Assembly (NCBI GenBank): GCA_053919585.1
Contig: CM132814.1
Source: Euprymna scolopes
Taxonomy: Eukaryota
Direction: 5' to 3' (one strand)
DNA length: 64,000 nucleotides
The notes under the pieces are model-generated. The model worked only from the letters and a program-made list of their open reading frames with translations, did not search any database and was not told where the DNA came from. The first letter of the stretch is position 1; the number at the start of each line of letters is the position of its first letter. Made by a program: the position numbers and the translations under genes. Of this stretch, positions 12,780-26,700 are shown piece by piece.

Positions 12780-13692
12780 ACCCGAATACGACTCTTTTTC
12801 ACAAGAGATGGAAGTGTTTGAATCTGGCGAAAAGCGACAGGAAGATTATCTCATCTTTTCTTTCATTCTTAACAACTACTGCGACGACATTCTTTGGGGG
12901 AAATTATCAGTTGTTGATTTTAAGTATTTGATTTTTGTACATGGTCTCGTCACGACGAAAAACGCAGATATACGACCAGGGATACTCTTAAGCACCAAAA
13001 TCAAACAAGCGAGCGCACTGTAAATGCTGGCAGAAGATTGCCAACGAGTAACCAGCGTAAAATACGACCCAAGAAACGCTAAAGAGTCAGACCTAATTCA
13101 TGTTAGAAAAACTAATTAGAGACACAAGGAGTACGCTCTCGCAACAAACAAGAGAAACAATAAAACCCATGCACAATCAAAAGATAGTTATCTAGTTTCC
13201 AAAACAAAATCACCCACAAATCCACATTGCGACATCAAGAGCAAGATCGCTATAAAAGACAACAACGTACCAATTCATTTTCGAGACATTGGATCTCGAC
13301 CCCCCCCCCCTCATTCAACACCAGAACCACGACAGTCGGTTCGGAAAAGGAAAAACATCGATCTACTAATGGTTGCGACTAATTGTAAGAAATATAAACA
13401 TCTTTTATGAGAAAAACGTTTAGGGGTGTAAGGGTGGAACGCATTCAGATTCTGATAATGGATTGTTACTGACGTTACTTCCTATTATCAGTTTCTGCTA
13501 TCGAGTAGTCTGAAGCAGCCTCTCTGGAAATGGTTCGTAATCTTACTTTGCTCTTCCAGTTGAGCTGAGTTCCACTCAACCAATATACGTTTCTGTATTT
13601 TCTGTTTATATATACTAAATTTCGATGTTTTCAAACCTTTCGTTTTTTCAACATTTAAACCACCAGGTTTTTTTAACATTTAAACCACAACA
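12780..13692 (+). mobile_element. Internally deleted Mag-type Gypsy relic: gag fragment fused to integrase C-tail, PPT and putative 3' LTR
   Basis: SLFHKRWKCLNL..DFKYLIFVHGLVTTKNADIR..LAEDCQRV matches the gag at 32194-33087. About 150 bp later, FETLDLDPPP..PEPRQSVRKRK matches the integrase tail of that element. Then TAGGGG and TGTAAGGGT (13427)...ACCACAACA (13692), a ~266-bp LTR-like segment. Confidence 0.7.
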
Positions 13693-14539
13693 TCATAGTT
13701 TTACAGAAACCTCTTGTAGAAGCACTTATAACTTTTCTATATCTAATTAATTACACAGGGTGTTATGTTCCCGATCGGTGCCGAGCTCACCATGATTAGC
13801 AAGTCTACTTTAAGACTTATTTCTAACCACAGCATCAAGGGATTGTGTGATAAGTACCCACTTGTGAATTTTGAACACGTTGTGATATGTGTAGACATCA
13901 TCAAAAATCGACACAAAGTTGACGAGTCATTGCTCAAAACGAAAAATTACAAGATGATGTACTGGGAAGACATCAGTAAGCGCTTCAAGGATCAAGGACA
14001 TTCTATTTTTCTCATCCTGAAAAGCAGTCTAAAATAAATCTACTGAATTATACAAAGCAGCAATGAAGTACATGTTCAGACAATGAAATCATATAGAAAT
14101 TCCCTCTCTTCCTAATAGTTTACTTCTATTTTTGCAGCCTCCATTGTTCGAATGCAGCATGACTTCCGCAGATCCATCCGATACAATCCCAATACTTATA
14201 GATACATTTTATAGAAGCTGAAATAATAAAGTGTGATAAAGTAGCAGCCAAGAAAAAGCATACCATAATCACCAGTAAACGCATTCATCGCAGGAATTTG
14301 AAACTTGCGATTTCTGAAAAACTTGTGATAGTGTAGTAAACCGTTGCCAATTAACAACGTCCCTACAGCACAACAAATATAAGCTTGTTTACCCGTCAAT
14401 TAAGAGGGGTTGCCCGGTAGTCTGCCCCCAACTCTGAATTTAGAATCAACAAAATACTACCGCCTAAATCCCTCTTTGCGGACAAAAGACACACACACTA
14501 ATCTAATCACTCATCGTAATGCTCATGATATCATAAACG

Positions 14540-15130
14540 CATACACATTTTGAAGTTCTGATCCATACCCTATTCTAATATTTAAAATGTTCCCTTGATA
14601 TAGTCCCAGTTCTCTTCAAACTCTTCAGCGAATTCCTTACCAAATTCCAGTTTTCAGGAATTCTGTTGAAAGTACGAACCTACTCTATTATTGTCTCAAT
14701 AGTTTCCTTCGTTTCTTCCTCCAAATGTTTGAGTTCTTCATTAATTAAAAAGTAGTCCACAAGCTTATTGCTAAGGTTTATAGTTAGAAAGCGGTATCTC
14801 TCTACCATGCTAAAAATTCTTACACCTGATATTATCCTATGTATCAAGAAATACACCATTCACCTATGTATAGAATGGTGATGCTGTAACTGATCCGTTG
14901 AATCTCCCACGAGTATCTCACTCTTAAAAAAGACCCAAAAAAGAGTTTCTTATCAAATAGTACAGCCTCCAATCCATGCTCAATCGCCGAAATGTTGAAT
15001 ACCTGTGTATGCTTTACAAGTATTTGAATGAAATGTGCTATATAAAACTCCTAGTATTTGTACTCCATCGCCGTAAATAGACACCGATTGACTTGACTAT
15101 TCTTTGATACTGAAAAAGCTTTACTATTCT
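14540..15130 (+). mobile_element. Degenerate LINE RT fragment (CR1/L2/Jockey-like)
   Basis: Fragments VLFKLFS, IPVFRNS, MFEFFIN.KVVHKL and LFFDTEKAF resemble RT domains 0-3 of the LINE at ~20.3-22.7 kb. Confidence 0.45.
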
Positions 15131-15966
15131 TCGATACTGCAAATGCTTCTACTTTAATAATTTTTGTTCATTCGAACGACTAGCCTTTGGAATTCCTTCC
15201 AGTTTCACTGCTTTCATGCAGAAATTCAACCAAAACCATCAGTCATATTTCGTGTTAATCATTGATGAGTAGTCATCACAAATTAATTTCATCTCTCATT
15301 AGTTTCTCATTCAATGTTTTAAAATATTTGCTTTCGGACAAATTCCATTAAAGGAAATTACTATGTAACGCGTATTTTATGTAAGTTACAAAGCTTATTG
15401 CCTACCTTAATCAACAAAAGGAAAAAAATCGAGGAACGTTATATCGGCGATATGAATAACTTTAAAATTATTATAGATATGAATTTAATTATAAATGATT
15501 TCCTATAGTTAAGCTACTCCTGTGTGATGTATTTGCGTTCAAAATTAAGATTTAATAGAAAATATAAGCATATAAAGTTACAGATAAAATTGGTTAGAAT
15601 GGCATTCCCTCACGAAAAAAAAAAACATGGGTGATTAACTATAAATACTTATACTTTCTATTAAATATCAAATTGAGTTTAACGCTATGCGCCAATATTA
15701 TTTTTGGATGAATTATGCAACAATATTTTCATAAAATATTTTATGTCGCTATTTTTAGGGTTTACCAAAAATTCATGATTTCAACTGATACAAAAGTTTA
15801 TCTTACAAAAATTTTGGATCATCACCCGAATTTGAAAAAAAACAATCTTTAGATTAAGCCCAAGATAGTAGTTTCTTATGCCGCAGTTGCAATGCGCCTT
15901 GTTAGTAGTAAATGACCGTACAAAAATATTCCCCAAACAAATTAAGTATTCTTAAATATTGAATAT

Positions 15967-16075
15967 CAGCAGCCGAATAGAGTAGTTGTGAGAAGCCTTG
16001 ACTGTCGTGTGGGCGTTTCGATCCTGCCTTGAGGTAGTTGCCTGTCAGGCCGCACCGCTGAGTTATGATACAGTG
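15967..16075 (+). mobile_element. tRNA-derived SINE-like head, copy 1
   Basis: A-box-like TAGAGTAGTTG and B-box-like CGTTTCGATCC; homologous to 16241-16345. Confidence 0.5.
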
Positions 16076-16240
16076 AAAACGTACTGTATGTGGATGACTA
16101 TAATGTTCCCATCTTAGGTTAAGCAAATTGGGAAAGTGATATACAAACAGCAATTAGCGTATTAGCGATGCTCTTGTCTAAACAAATCGAGCTTAGTCAT
16201 TCATACGTTATCAAAAATTCGTTAATTCACTACCAGCACG

Positions 16241-16345
16241 GCAGCAACCGAATAGCGAAGTAGTGAACTGCCTTGGGCGGTCGGGTTTCGATCCTGGCTT
16301 TAGGTAGTTGTCTGTCTAGCCGCACCGATGGGCTCTGATACAGTG
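16241..16345 (+). mobile_element. tRNA-derived SINE-like head, copy 2
   Basis: A-box-like TAGCGAAGTAG and B-box-like GGTTTCGATCC; shares AGGTAGTTG..GCCGCACCG..TGATACAGTG with copy 1. Confidence 0.5.
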
Positions 16346-17431
16346 TGTGCGTGTGCATAGGTGTACACTAAACAGTTTATGTATTGTACTGCTTAGTATA
16401 CGTTTACTGGCCTAAACTTATATTTAAAGTTATATACAGTAAGTAGATGGATATTTGCCATTTAAATTCAAATTTAAAAGATGTTAGCAAAAATAAAACA
16501 TGAATAAATAAAAAAAACATATCGCATAAGTTTATTGTGAGAAAATAATCACACCTTTTCCCGATTATTACAGCCGGCGAAGGAGCATACAATTTTATTT
16601 ACGAATATTCAATCAAAACCCTTGTTGACGTACTTACTGTCAATTCAGAGAAGCGTTTACTATCAGACCGATTATTTACGCAATTTATTTGTTGATGAAA
16701 AAGCAATCTTACGCCGCAGCAATTCTTTCTCATACGTGCATTTCTCTACTTTTGTTAGTGGTGCTTATTTTCATTTTCTGTCGTTTTACTCGAGATTTAC
16801 TTTCGCTTATAATCTTATCAATAAGCAAAACAGCAAGAAATATATTCTGTTTTCCTCGTATAGATCATATATTTTAATATAACAATTCTAATTATTGCAG
16901 GTGGCAGGATTTGGGCGTTAATATGAACAATTTTGAGTCTAGCGTAGGAAAAATTTACAAAAGCTTACAACGATCAAGAAAAAGAATAGTCGAGTGAATT
17001 GCACTTGAAAATTTACGTCTTGAAATCTATTACACTCGTGACAGATTCTGTTCGATATTGATTAAGCGAATGAGGAGGGAAAAAGTAAATCGATGACTGC
17101 ATTATTAAAATAACTCGACTCTGTACACAGCGTGATAATCAAATTTACTGCGAACAGGTGATTGCTCTATCACTACAGCTAGCTTCAGAACGCCCACCAA
17201 TCCCTGAAAGCCATCCGCGTAAAATACGATATTTGCAAAGGCACAAAACATGTATCGACAGGCGTGCACATTTAGGAGAGTTAATCTACTAATGACAAAG
17301 AGAACATAGCGAAAAATATCCCGCCTGAAATTGACAAGTCTAAAGTAGTTCCTCTTATATAAATAATTGATCACATTCCAACATACGAGTTGACCTAATA
17401 GAAAGCAATACCAGCGAATCCATTGGCATGT

Positions 17432-17639
17432 NNNNNNNNNNNNNNNNNNNNNNNNNNNNNNNNNNNNNNNNNNNNNNNNNNNNNNNNNNNNNNNNNNNNN
17501 NNNNNNNNNNNNNNNNNNNNNNNNNNNNNNNNNNNNNNNNNNNNNNNNNNNNNNNNNNNNNNNNNNNNNNNNNNNNNNNNNNNNNNNNNNNNNNNNNNNN
17601 NNNNNNNNNNNNNNNNNNNNNNNNNNNNNNNNNNNNNNN
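17432..17639. other. Assembly gap (N-run)
   Basis: Run of N. Confidence 1.
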
Positions 17640-18596
17640 AACTTACTGTTTTATCCGTACTATATTGCACTCGCATCTCAACCATCCTGTCATCTAGAAT
17701 ATAGTTTGGGCACAACTCGTAGCTCAATTCTTAATACCTACTCATACTGTAACGTTATCCTAGACCTAAGCTAACATAAATAAAATAAAAAATATATATA
17801 AAGGGAAAGCCTCAGACCACATTATCTCCTTTCTAATAAGCGTTTTACAATCATAGTTGCTTACATTGCATGAGCTCTACTCATCCCCATTATCCAGTAA
17901 CAATATCCCTAAATCACTTCGAGGAGTCTAACTATTCAGCAGATATATAACCTCTACAAACTAACCCAGTAACATTGACAAACCACGCGGGGTCGCAGAA
18001 ATACCTGGATTAGAACCCAGGCGCGGAGAAAACCCGCTCAGTGCTGACGGACCCAGTAGATCTTCCCAGATCATCCGTCTAGGAGAAAGAAATCTCTGAA
18101 ACTAAACCAAAGGGGAGGGAGGACTCTTCGGTCTTTCCTAGAGCTGGTGAAAAATGACCGGTTTGCAAACCTAAACTGCTTAAGGAGTAGATAGGCACTG
18201 TCTATCACCCGGTTTCCATAATCCTTTTTGCCTATTAGTCAGGCGCAGAGACACTATCACAGTGATTCGACAGAAACACCCAGTGGTAGATCTTGTTTCT
18301 TGTATAGGGCAACGGGCGCCGTTTTCCTCACTCCAGACCCACCCTTAATACAAAGCACAATGTAAAACGAAGGGAACACTCGGGGGTGTTGACAATGTCG
18401 ACAAAGAGATTTAAGTGTCCGGTTACTATTTGGCTCATAAGCTTCCTCGAAATGAAGTGCTATTGTCGCCAATAAAGAAAATTCATGAGTTTCGATCTTT
18501 TCTTGAAGCACTTTCCAGCCGTACAGTGCCTGATATATTTTCAGGATTATGCATACAAATATAATCTCATGTATGCATGTATACGATGATAATATA

Positions 18597-18649
<53 letters not shown>

Positions 18650-20299
18650 GTAGTATTTTCTGCAACATTTCCCATTATCTAAGGCAGTAGAACGTTCCAA
18701 GTTTAAAACTCGTTAAACTTTTTTAGCTAAGTGACCATACGATTTTCTGCGGAGAAAAAGCATATGTTCGCCTACCAGGGTACGAATATTGGAACTCCCA
18801 GTTTCTTAAATACTGTCTTTTCCAGTAAATTTCCGAACGTGTTCTTTGTGTTAAAGTAAACAAAAAATCGCTATAGCTCTAAACGTTTTTAGCTCCCATA
18901 CGTTATATTCAGGCGCGTAACGAAATAAAAAGCTGTATTTAGTAAGTTTATTGACAACGACGACTAAATTCGTTTAAAATTACTTAAACGCACTTCATAT
19001 TTAGCCTGATTGGATATTAGTTTGTTTATGCAAATGAATAGAGCATTTTAAGACGAGGAGATGTTTATCGCATGTTCGATTGCTTTGAATTTGAATAAAC
19101 CGGTACATATCAACACTAAATATGCGCATTTTTAAATATTGTATTTTCAATAAAACTAGAAATGGTATGCAATATATTTCGTTCACTAGAAAATATTTTG
19201 TATCTAATTAATATGAAATATTTTGGAAGTGAGTTAGAGCACTCAAATTTCATTTACATAATAAACAACATACCATGGTAATATAACTCAATTTTGATAT
19301 TTTTATTTAAGTGTGTTTTTTAAATGTATAAGACTACTGGTAAAATGTATTGGTTGAATTTGTTGTTGTCAATTTGACGCTTGTTATGCGCTTGGTATAT
19401 TTCTCGAAATAACCGAATTCTCTCATGCAAAATAAATGCCTGTCATCGCGGTTGTGTGCAAAAATAAACTGTCGGCGCTATCCTTCAGTAAACTTTTCAG
19501 GTAGTTATACTAATAAAGCGTCGAATATGTTAGCAATTGGGGTATACATTTAGCATTTAAATGAGGTCGACAATGAGTTGTCAGAAAAATTACACACATA
19601 AACATGCTGAGTTTTTTCCTTATTTCAATTAATAATAGGGGACCCCATCGCCATACTTTCCCGCCTAAACATGTCAATTAAACTTATATTAATTAGAACA
19701 CTTATTATTAATTTTATTAATTTTTATCTTTTAATAGAGAGTAGACAACGCATTGTGGCTGCGTTATCGGCAGCTCCCGTAAATCCTGTTTTTCCTAATT
19801 TGTCCATCAGTTCCAGTTAGAATGAGCGATTTTTCTGATAAAAGTAGGTGAAAAAGCTATATTATATGTCGGCAGTATTTGTGCGTGACACCTGAGTTGC
19901 CAGAAATTTTTATTTCCATGTCTATCTTTGTAGTCATGTTTCTAATAAGGATGCTGAAGATATTTTTTTTTACTGAGCTGACGTTATCTGCTTGAGAGTA
20001 AGGGACCCCAACCTTGAATTACTACTAAAGCCAGCCCTATCAGCAGGTCCAAAGTACTAAGGCTGCTATACTGCCATTTGGTGAATGGATTCTGGACCAT
20101 ACAGTACTTCTGGTTGGTCTATCAATGCCATATTAGTGGTAATTGTTGCGCCTTTCAGTAATTATGAGATACAAAAAGGTTTCTTCGTTTTTTTTTCTCC
20201 CATATGTTACCTCTCTGCCCTGATCTAACGATATCTATCGACTATTCCATAAATCCAAAAAATCCATCATAGAAAATCTCCAAGAATGTTACAAGATTA

Positions 20300-22670
20300 A
20301 TCCCAGAACACCAACATCCAACGTAGATCCCCACTACAAAATCCCTTTCTCAACCACCAAGGTTCTACGTATTCCAGAGGTTGAAACGCAATTACAGGAC
20401 CATACCTATTGTTCCTAAGCAAAATTGGCAGTGGACTGGCTATTTCTCTGGATAAGTTCGTAATTCAAAGATGCTCTAAATGAACATCAATATCTGACCC
20501 CCGGGATCGCTATAAGTATGTAATATGTTGCGGCATTAGAGATGGCTTTCCATGTGGTAGAGGCATCTTCAGAGAAAACTCTTAATTATCCTGCATATGT
20601 TTCTGGGTTGCGCTTACTCACACTATTGCATTTTCCTAGCCTTCTGTCACCCCCCCCCATAACAGCGGAGTTACTATGTCTAAAAGAATATCGGAGAAAA
20701 TTGATCACATCCTGTCTGTTCATCCTTCAACTAACATTCATGTCTGTGGAGACTTCAATCTTCACAATATAGAATTGTTAGTCCACTCAAACAATAGATA
20801 TTATGAGAGGAGGTTCTGTCATGATTGCTCCATTGCTTATTACCAAACTCAGATTGTTCACCTATCCACTTCTGTTCTTTTCTTTGGCCTTATTCTCACA
20901 ACTTGTCATGGGCTATGTTCATCCTCCGTTTATCTACCCTGGAATCTTCCAAACACTCAGCTGTATCAATTAAGATAAAAACAAAGTTATAAGTCCCCAG
21001 AAGTACCTCTCAATCGTAAAGTAAATCAATGCTCCATGGCTGCATGAATAGCTTCCGTACATTTATACGAGGCTCTTCCAGTCTTTAACAGACTATGGAT
21101 ACCAACGTAGGGGTTCCTGCGCGTGAAATTTTTGTGGCAGGAGGTGCGCAATCTCCACATCTCTCCTGATACGACATTGTTAAATACCAATGGCATGAAG
21201 TGTTTGTACATTTATATCCGCACAACCGTAAAGTTATATCAGATCTATCCCTACATTCCATGTTTAAATAGAATACGCCCTCTATAATATCAGCCCTTAC
21301 AGAATGGTTTCGTGTAGAGTGAACCTCTTCATACCCTCCCATAATTCTTGCAAAAATCTAACAATCAGCCGTGATTTTCCACAGAATACGTTGCTACCAA
21401 TACGCACAGTAATCACTTTTCCATTGCTTCCAACATAATAGATACACTGAGACAAAAGTCGCTCTCAGGTTTGCCAGTAACCACTGAAAAAGTCATAAAG
21501 AACTCGAGAAAGACGTATGCTCAGTTCCTTAAGTCCAAACGAGCTAAGAAGCGTCTTTGTTCTCACCAGTTTTGTGTAAAAGCAAAAAGGATCCTGAACA
21601 GGAGCGTGTACACTATCCCACTGTCAGCATCGGACAAAGGTAAACTCTTTGCCGAGAACTTTGCAGCTAATTCTAACTTAAGGCTGTTAACCCAATAATT
21701 TCCTTCTGTATTTGAAAACAGGCTATGCCTTATGTTGCCAAGAATATCAAAAACCTTCATTACAGTAAAGCAGCTGAACTTTACGGCATTCAAATTATAG
21801 CGCTGACAAAGCTTAAACCAGAACTACTTCCATACTTACAAAGCTGTTAAAGCAGTTTCTTAACGGGATTTGCTTCCCAACATCCTAGAAAACCTCATCG
21901 GTATTATCCCTACTAAAGATTTAGTTGATCGCTCATCTCCCTGTCCTGTGTGGCATGAGTAAGTTGCTGGAATCTGTGTTAAATAGAGAAGTAGTCAACC
22001 ACCTCAGCAAAACTACCCTCATCGTTACATACAATATGCTTTCCGTTCTGCTAGATCTACAACATTTGTGCTAACAGTAAAATCTCATAAAATAAGCTAT
22101 TCTGCACGGAGATTTTCTTTTTATGACAATTACTCTTGACATATCTAAGGCCTTTGATAGAGTATGTAATAAAGTCTAGTCCAAAAGATCTCCAGCTACG
22201 GTATAGCTGAAAATGTATTCTAAATTATTTAATTATTTCTTTCTGATAGGTTCATAAGAGTAGTTGTCGATAGGCTTAAATCAGAAGCTAACGATATTAT
22301 GCTGAAGGTTCACAGGGGTCAATTCTAGGCCCAACTATTTTCCTAATCTACATTATTGATTTCCCATATCACATCCTAAGATCAGTTGTAGACATTTATA
22401 TTGACGACACTAATACCTATGTCTATGTTAACACTATAAATGAAAAAAGTTTTCTGATTCTATCTCCTCTAATCTTTAGCGCGTGGACACTGGAGAAAGA
22501 GATGGCTGGTTGATTTTAATGCATCTAAAACCAGGCTTCCATTTTCAAATCCTCAACTCTCTGATTCCCTTCTGGTGTCAATTGAAATGAATTGCGCTCG
22601 TCTCGGGGAGGTTCATGTTCTGAAAAGCTTTTGGATCGCATCTTTACTACTGATCTGAAATGGAACACGT
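20300..22670 (+). mobile_element. Decayed APE-RT LINE (CR1/L2/Jockey group)
   Basis: AP-endonuclease motif HVCGDFNLHN (~20740), then RT motifs QYAFRSARST, TLDISKAFDRV, SQGSILGPTIFLIYI, IYIDDT (~22400), W.VDFNASKT and DLKWN. Many stops and frameshifts; 3' part missing. Confidence 0.85.
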
Positions 22671-22871
22671 ATTATATTGTAGGTTGGGAAACGTTTCATA
22701 TGTTATATTGAGAAGTGGGAGATATTGTTCTCATAACGGCAACATTTTATAAACCTATAAATTGTACGTATTATTGTTTAGCCAGGGAATATGATACTGA
22801 TGTATATTGATCCATTTTATATTAGAGAATTATCACACGGGTATTTATTACACTTCATATATAAGAAAATA

Positions 22872-22873
22872 GA

Positions 22874-22907
<34 letters not shown>

Positions 22908-22926
22908 GGTGGTGGTGGTGGTGGTG
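22872..22926. repeat. (GAT)n-(GGT)n compound trinucleotide repeat
   Basis: Directly visible in the sequence. Confidence 0.95.
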
Positions 22927-24384
22927 AGATGAAAGAGCATTGTTAAGAAATGTTCTTATGGAATTGATTCAATACACGCGCAATTATTTGTGAATACAAT
23001 GAAATGATAAAGGTGAACTAAGTCTTCTTCCATGGTAATTGGAGTTTACACAAACAGCCATTAAAACACAAGAGATAAAAAGGTTGACATTTTTTATTAA
23101 AAAGATATCTCGAAAAGATATCAAAGATAGAGATTTTCGTAGCGATTTAAAAAGTACCATCTTAGTACCACCCTTTTTAAGAAAACAGTTGACCTTATTT
23201 CTCGAGTACAAGTTATTTCTAGGTCATTAGATATAAAGGTTAGTCATTTTGAGTTTCTGTGGATAGGACAAAAAAGATGGTGGATATTAATTTAATGTCG
23301 ATTATTTGTTGGTCAGAAATTCAGTTATTCCCTAAAAAAATAACCAGTTTATTTCGTTTACTCATACGAAATGGTATTCAGCTAAACCCCTTGGTTATAC
23401 TGATGAAGCAAGAGAAAATACGACCCCTTTACGTTAGTGATGGTAAAAAGTAAAGACCTAATTGAGGGTGAATGCAACGGCCTCTTCAGTTGAAAGTGAC
23501 GGTCAGAGATACGGACTTGCGGAAGAAGAAGAAAGAGAACAATGTTTTAGAGCTTGAGAATTGGTTAACTGAGAATTGTGAAATGAAATATTGCTAATCG
23601 GATGGCGACTTGATTATTAATATAATGAAAGGCAAAAAGTGTCTTGAGGACATTATCTGCCTTACAGCCAGTGGACCAACATGATTCAGAGAAAGGAACA
23701 AGGTCCAAGCAAATGAATCCACATTGTGAACAGACTCGCCCCTAGATCAAAGGTTGACCGCCCGTACTTTAATAAGAGAAGCCGCCAGCTCCCAAGTGTT
23801 TTCATCTTGAGTCAGAAACTTATGAATGATCAGAGTTTTGTAACCTGTTAATAATTAGGCTGTTATTTTTATACAATAGGCCCAATTATTGACTTGTTAT
23901 TCTTTTATTTTTTTGATTTGAAATGATCTCTACTTTTCAATGACGTCGACTTGATAGAGCGGGGCTCAATGTATTGCGCACTCTTTCAATACAACGTGGA
24001 CAGAGTGACACTCTGTCCGACCGGATCCTCTCATCACTTTTCTAAACATCTCAGTCCTTGCCACCAAACGAGATCCAGAGTGGAAAAATCTGGTGACATG
24101 ACGCGCTTTAAATAGGGAAAACTCGTAACAAGATAATAGGAATGTCAGTTGGAAATTCATTAAATTAATTTGCAAATGCAACAACCAGTATTCGCTAAGC
24201 TTTTTTGGTTCATTACATATACGCATTAAAATAGAAAAAAAGTCAGCCGGATTGCTGCATAGCTTCACCTAATACCGATAGGATTGACAAAAGTCTTGCC
24301 TTAGATTTAGCTCCCCATCTTTTATGAATTAATTCCGGTGTTATGACATGAAGAATAAAATAACTGAAGCGGTATGTTATTTAA

Positions 24385-25287
24385 CTAGCGGGGTTACCCG
24401 GCGTTGCCAGGGTGTTTAGAGGTGTGTGTCTAAGGGGGCGGGGGTAAAGTAAAAAAATAAGCGAATTAATAAACTTATTTTAATATTGAAAAAAAAAACG
24501 ATGTTAACTTCTTTAAAAAATCGGAAAAAACTAAACAAAAAAACCCAGCGAACAACCGTAAAACTTATTTAAAAAAAATCGGAAGAACAAAAAGCAAAAA
24601 TAAGGGGGGGGAACTGATGAACGTGTTCAAAAAAACAAAAACAAACAAACAAACAGAGCGAAAAGCGAAGAAAAATGGCATAAATAACCTATCGAATCGG
24701 TAAAGTCCATGGTGCGTTTCACCCAGTAGACAACATAGAACGAAAAGGAACGTTAAAATTCCATTCCAGTTTTTAAGCAACTACAAAACGAAATAAAGTG
24801 AAAAAATGGCATAACTAATAGTTCTATTCGGTTTAGTCCATGATGCGTTTCACCCAGTAGAAAGAGAACGGAAAGGCACGGTCAAATTCCATTCCATTTT
24901 GTTAAGCAACAACGAAGTAAAGAAAATCCAAATCGGTGTTCCTTCGTAACTGCCCCTTGTGAACGAACCGGAATCGGTGTAAGTGGTGGCGGTAAAGGAG
25001 GAATTAATTAGAGAGAAAAGATTTTACTTCTTCCATTGTTTTTAACCTATTGTGGCAGTTAACTTCTAGTAGGAAAAATATAGGAATCCACTATTATCGA
25101 GGAAGAGGAGAAGTAATATACCTAAAACACACCTCAGATATTGCCCTTCAGTTTGTGCATATTTCATTCGCATGAAATGTCTTGATGTTTAATCTTATTA
25201 AGGTCAAAATCATAGGGGAAAGATGCGTTCATTCTATATATATATATATATACATACATATATATACATATATATATATATATAGGA
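24385..25287 (-). mobile_element. Non-autonomous Helitron-like element
   Basis: Minus strand starts TC(CTATATA..) at 25287 and ends with a GC-rich hairpin (CCCTGGCAACGCCGGG) followed by ..CTAG at 24385. It lies between A and T with no TSD and has an internal ~130-bp diverged tandem duplication (24670-24920). Confidence 0.7.
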
Positions 25288-26123
25288 TTAATACTTAAAG
25301 TTTTTAACTCAGTTACGCAAAATCATCAAATATATTCATCGAATTCTAACGAAATAAATTTAAGGATATATAATATGCAGTATTTCATTACACCAATATT
25401 GATTTAGTGGTGAACCTCCACTACAAACTAACTAATGTTTTGGACAAAGGTGTAACTTTACTGTTTCATAATATTGGCATTTCACCTTGAGATACACAGA
25501 AGTAATGGAGATCTAGGTTAAAACATGACCGCTATCTAAATAAGTTATATATTGTTTAGTAAAATGATATTGATACTTGGTGGTGCAGATGAAACAAAAA
25601 TTTTAAACTTAGATTGAAAGTTTAAATAAAAAAAAATTATAATGAAAAGAATTAAAAAGGAATTCGCATTTAATTATATAGTAGAAATCTCAGGAACATG
25701 TGAAACAAAACGAAATCTCTAAATACAGTCGGTTTATATGATCGATCAAGAACTTCCAAATTTCTAACACACATAGGTACTAATGACTATGCACAAACCA
25801 CTACATCCGAACTATTAGGAAATCTCTATATATAAAATATAATCCGTATTCGTTAGGATTTTGTCCATAATGCAATTATTAGATTAAGGAATTAGTCTTT
25901 ATCTGTTCTGTTTATTTTTGTTGTTGATTCATCTTGGATTATAACATTTCTCTTAAATTTGAATTTTATAATCTGTTAGATTCATAGTCATATTTCTTGT
26001 TCAAAGTTTGGTAAGTGATACCTGGATTTACTTATTGGTTTCAATCCATGAACATATTGCTTAAAATATTGCCTATTATAAAAATGTCATGTTTATTGGT
26101 GAGAAGGTTTCCCTGAATCATAA

Positions 26124-26124
<1 letters not shown>

Positions 26125-26184
<60 letters not shown>
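26125..26184. repeat. (TTA)n microsatellite, about 20 units; probably the (TAA)n tail of the adjacent minus-strand retroelement
   Basis: Directly visible; the tail interpretation is inference. Confidence 0.9.
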
Positions 26185-26185
<1 letters not shown>

Positions 26186-26600
26186 CAAATTTCAGTTTTG
26201 GTTACATGCCCAATCTTGTTGGCCATAGGTGTTCTCATTATGTTCGCAATTAATTGTTCGTAAATATCTTATAATAGCTCCCCTCAGAGCGGAAATAGCA
26301 GTTTTAACTTATGTTGGCTCGGATTCGTCCTTATCGTACGATTTTGGCAAAGGGGTCCAAACGAAAGATTGCCCTGGCTGTGTCGAAATGCGGCCAGGCG
26401 GGAAGAGGCGAGTGATTAAATCGGTCCTTGACATAAGCAAATTTCCGCAAATGCAACCAGCTCACGAATTGTAGTCATCGACAGTAGTTGGCTTTAAAAT
26501 GATAATGGACTAAAAGAGTACCAAGTCTCCAGATTGAAGTTAAGGAGAAAGAATGGGTAAAATATAAAGCGTCATCAGCTTTAAAAAGCATCTGACTGAC
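26185..26600 (-). mobile_element. Possible RTE-clade LINE 3' end
   Basis: Minus-strand fragments NLETW and CGNLLMSRTDLITR resemble the RTE C-terminal CG....SR.GL.SH motif; followed by a (TAA)n tail. Confidence 0.4.
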
Positions 26601-26700
26601 TTATTGGACATTAAAAGCGGAAACATGTTTATGTGTTTATATATTTATATATATATATATATATTTATATATATACATATATACATATACGCATATGCAT

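Noticed and set aside
20028-20095. HDV-like ribozyme upstream of the LINE (CAGCC/GGCTG, TCCA/TGGA, GGTGAATGG)
   Set aside because: P3/L3 and the catalytic C are missing, so the fold cannot be supported.
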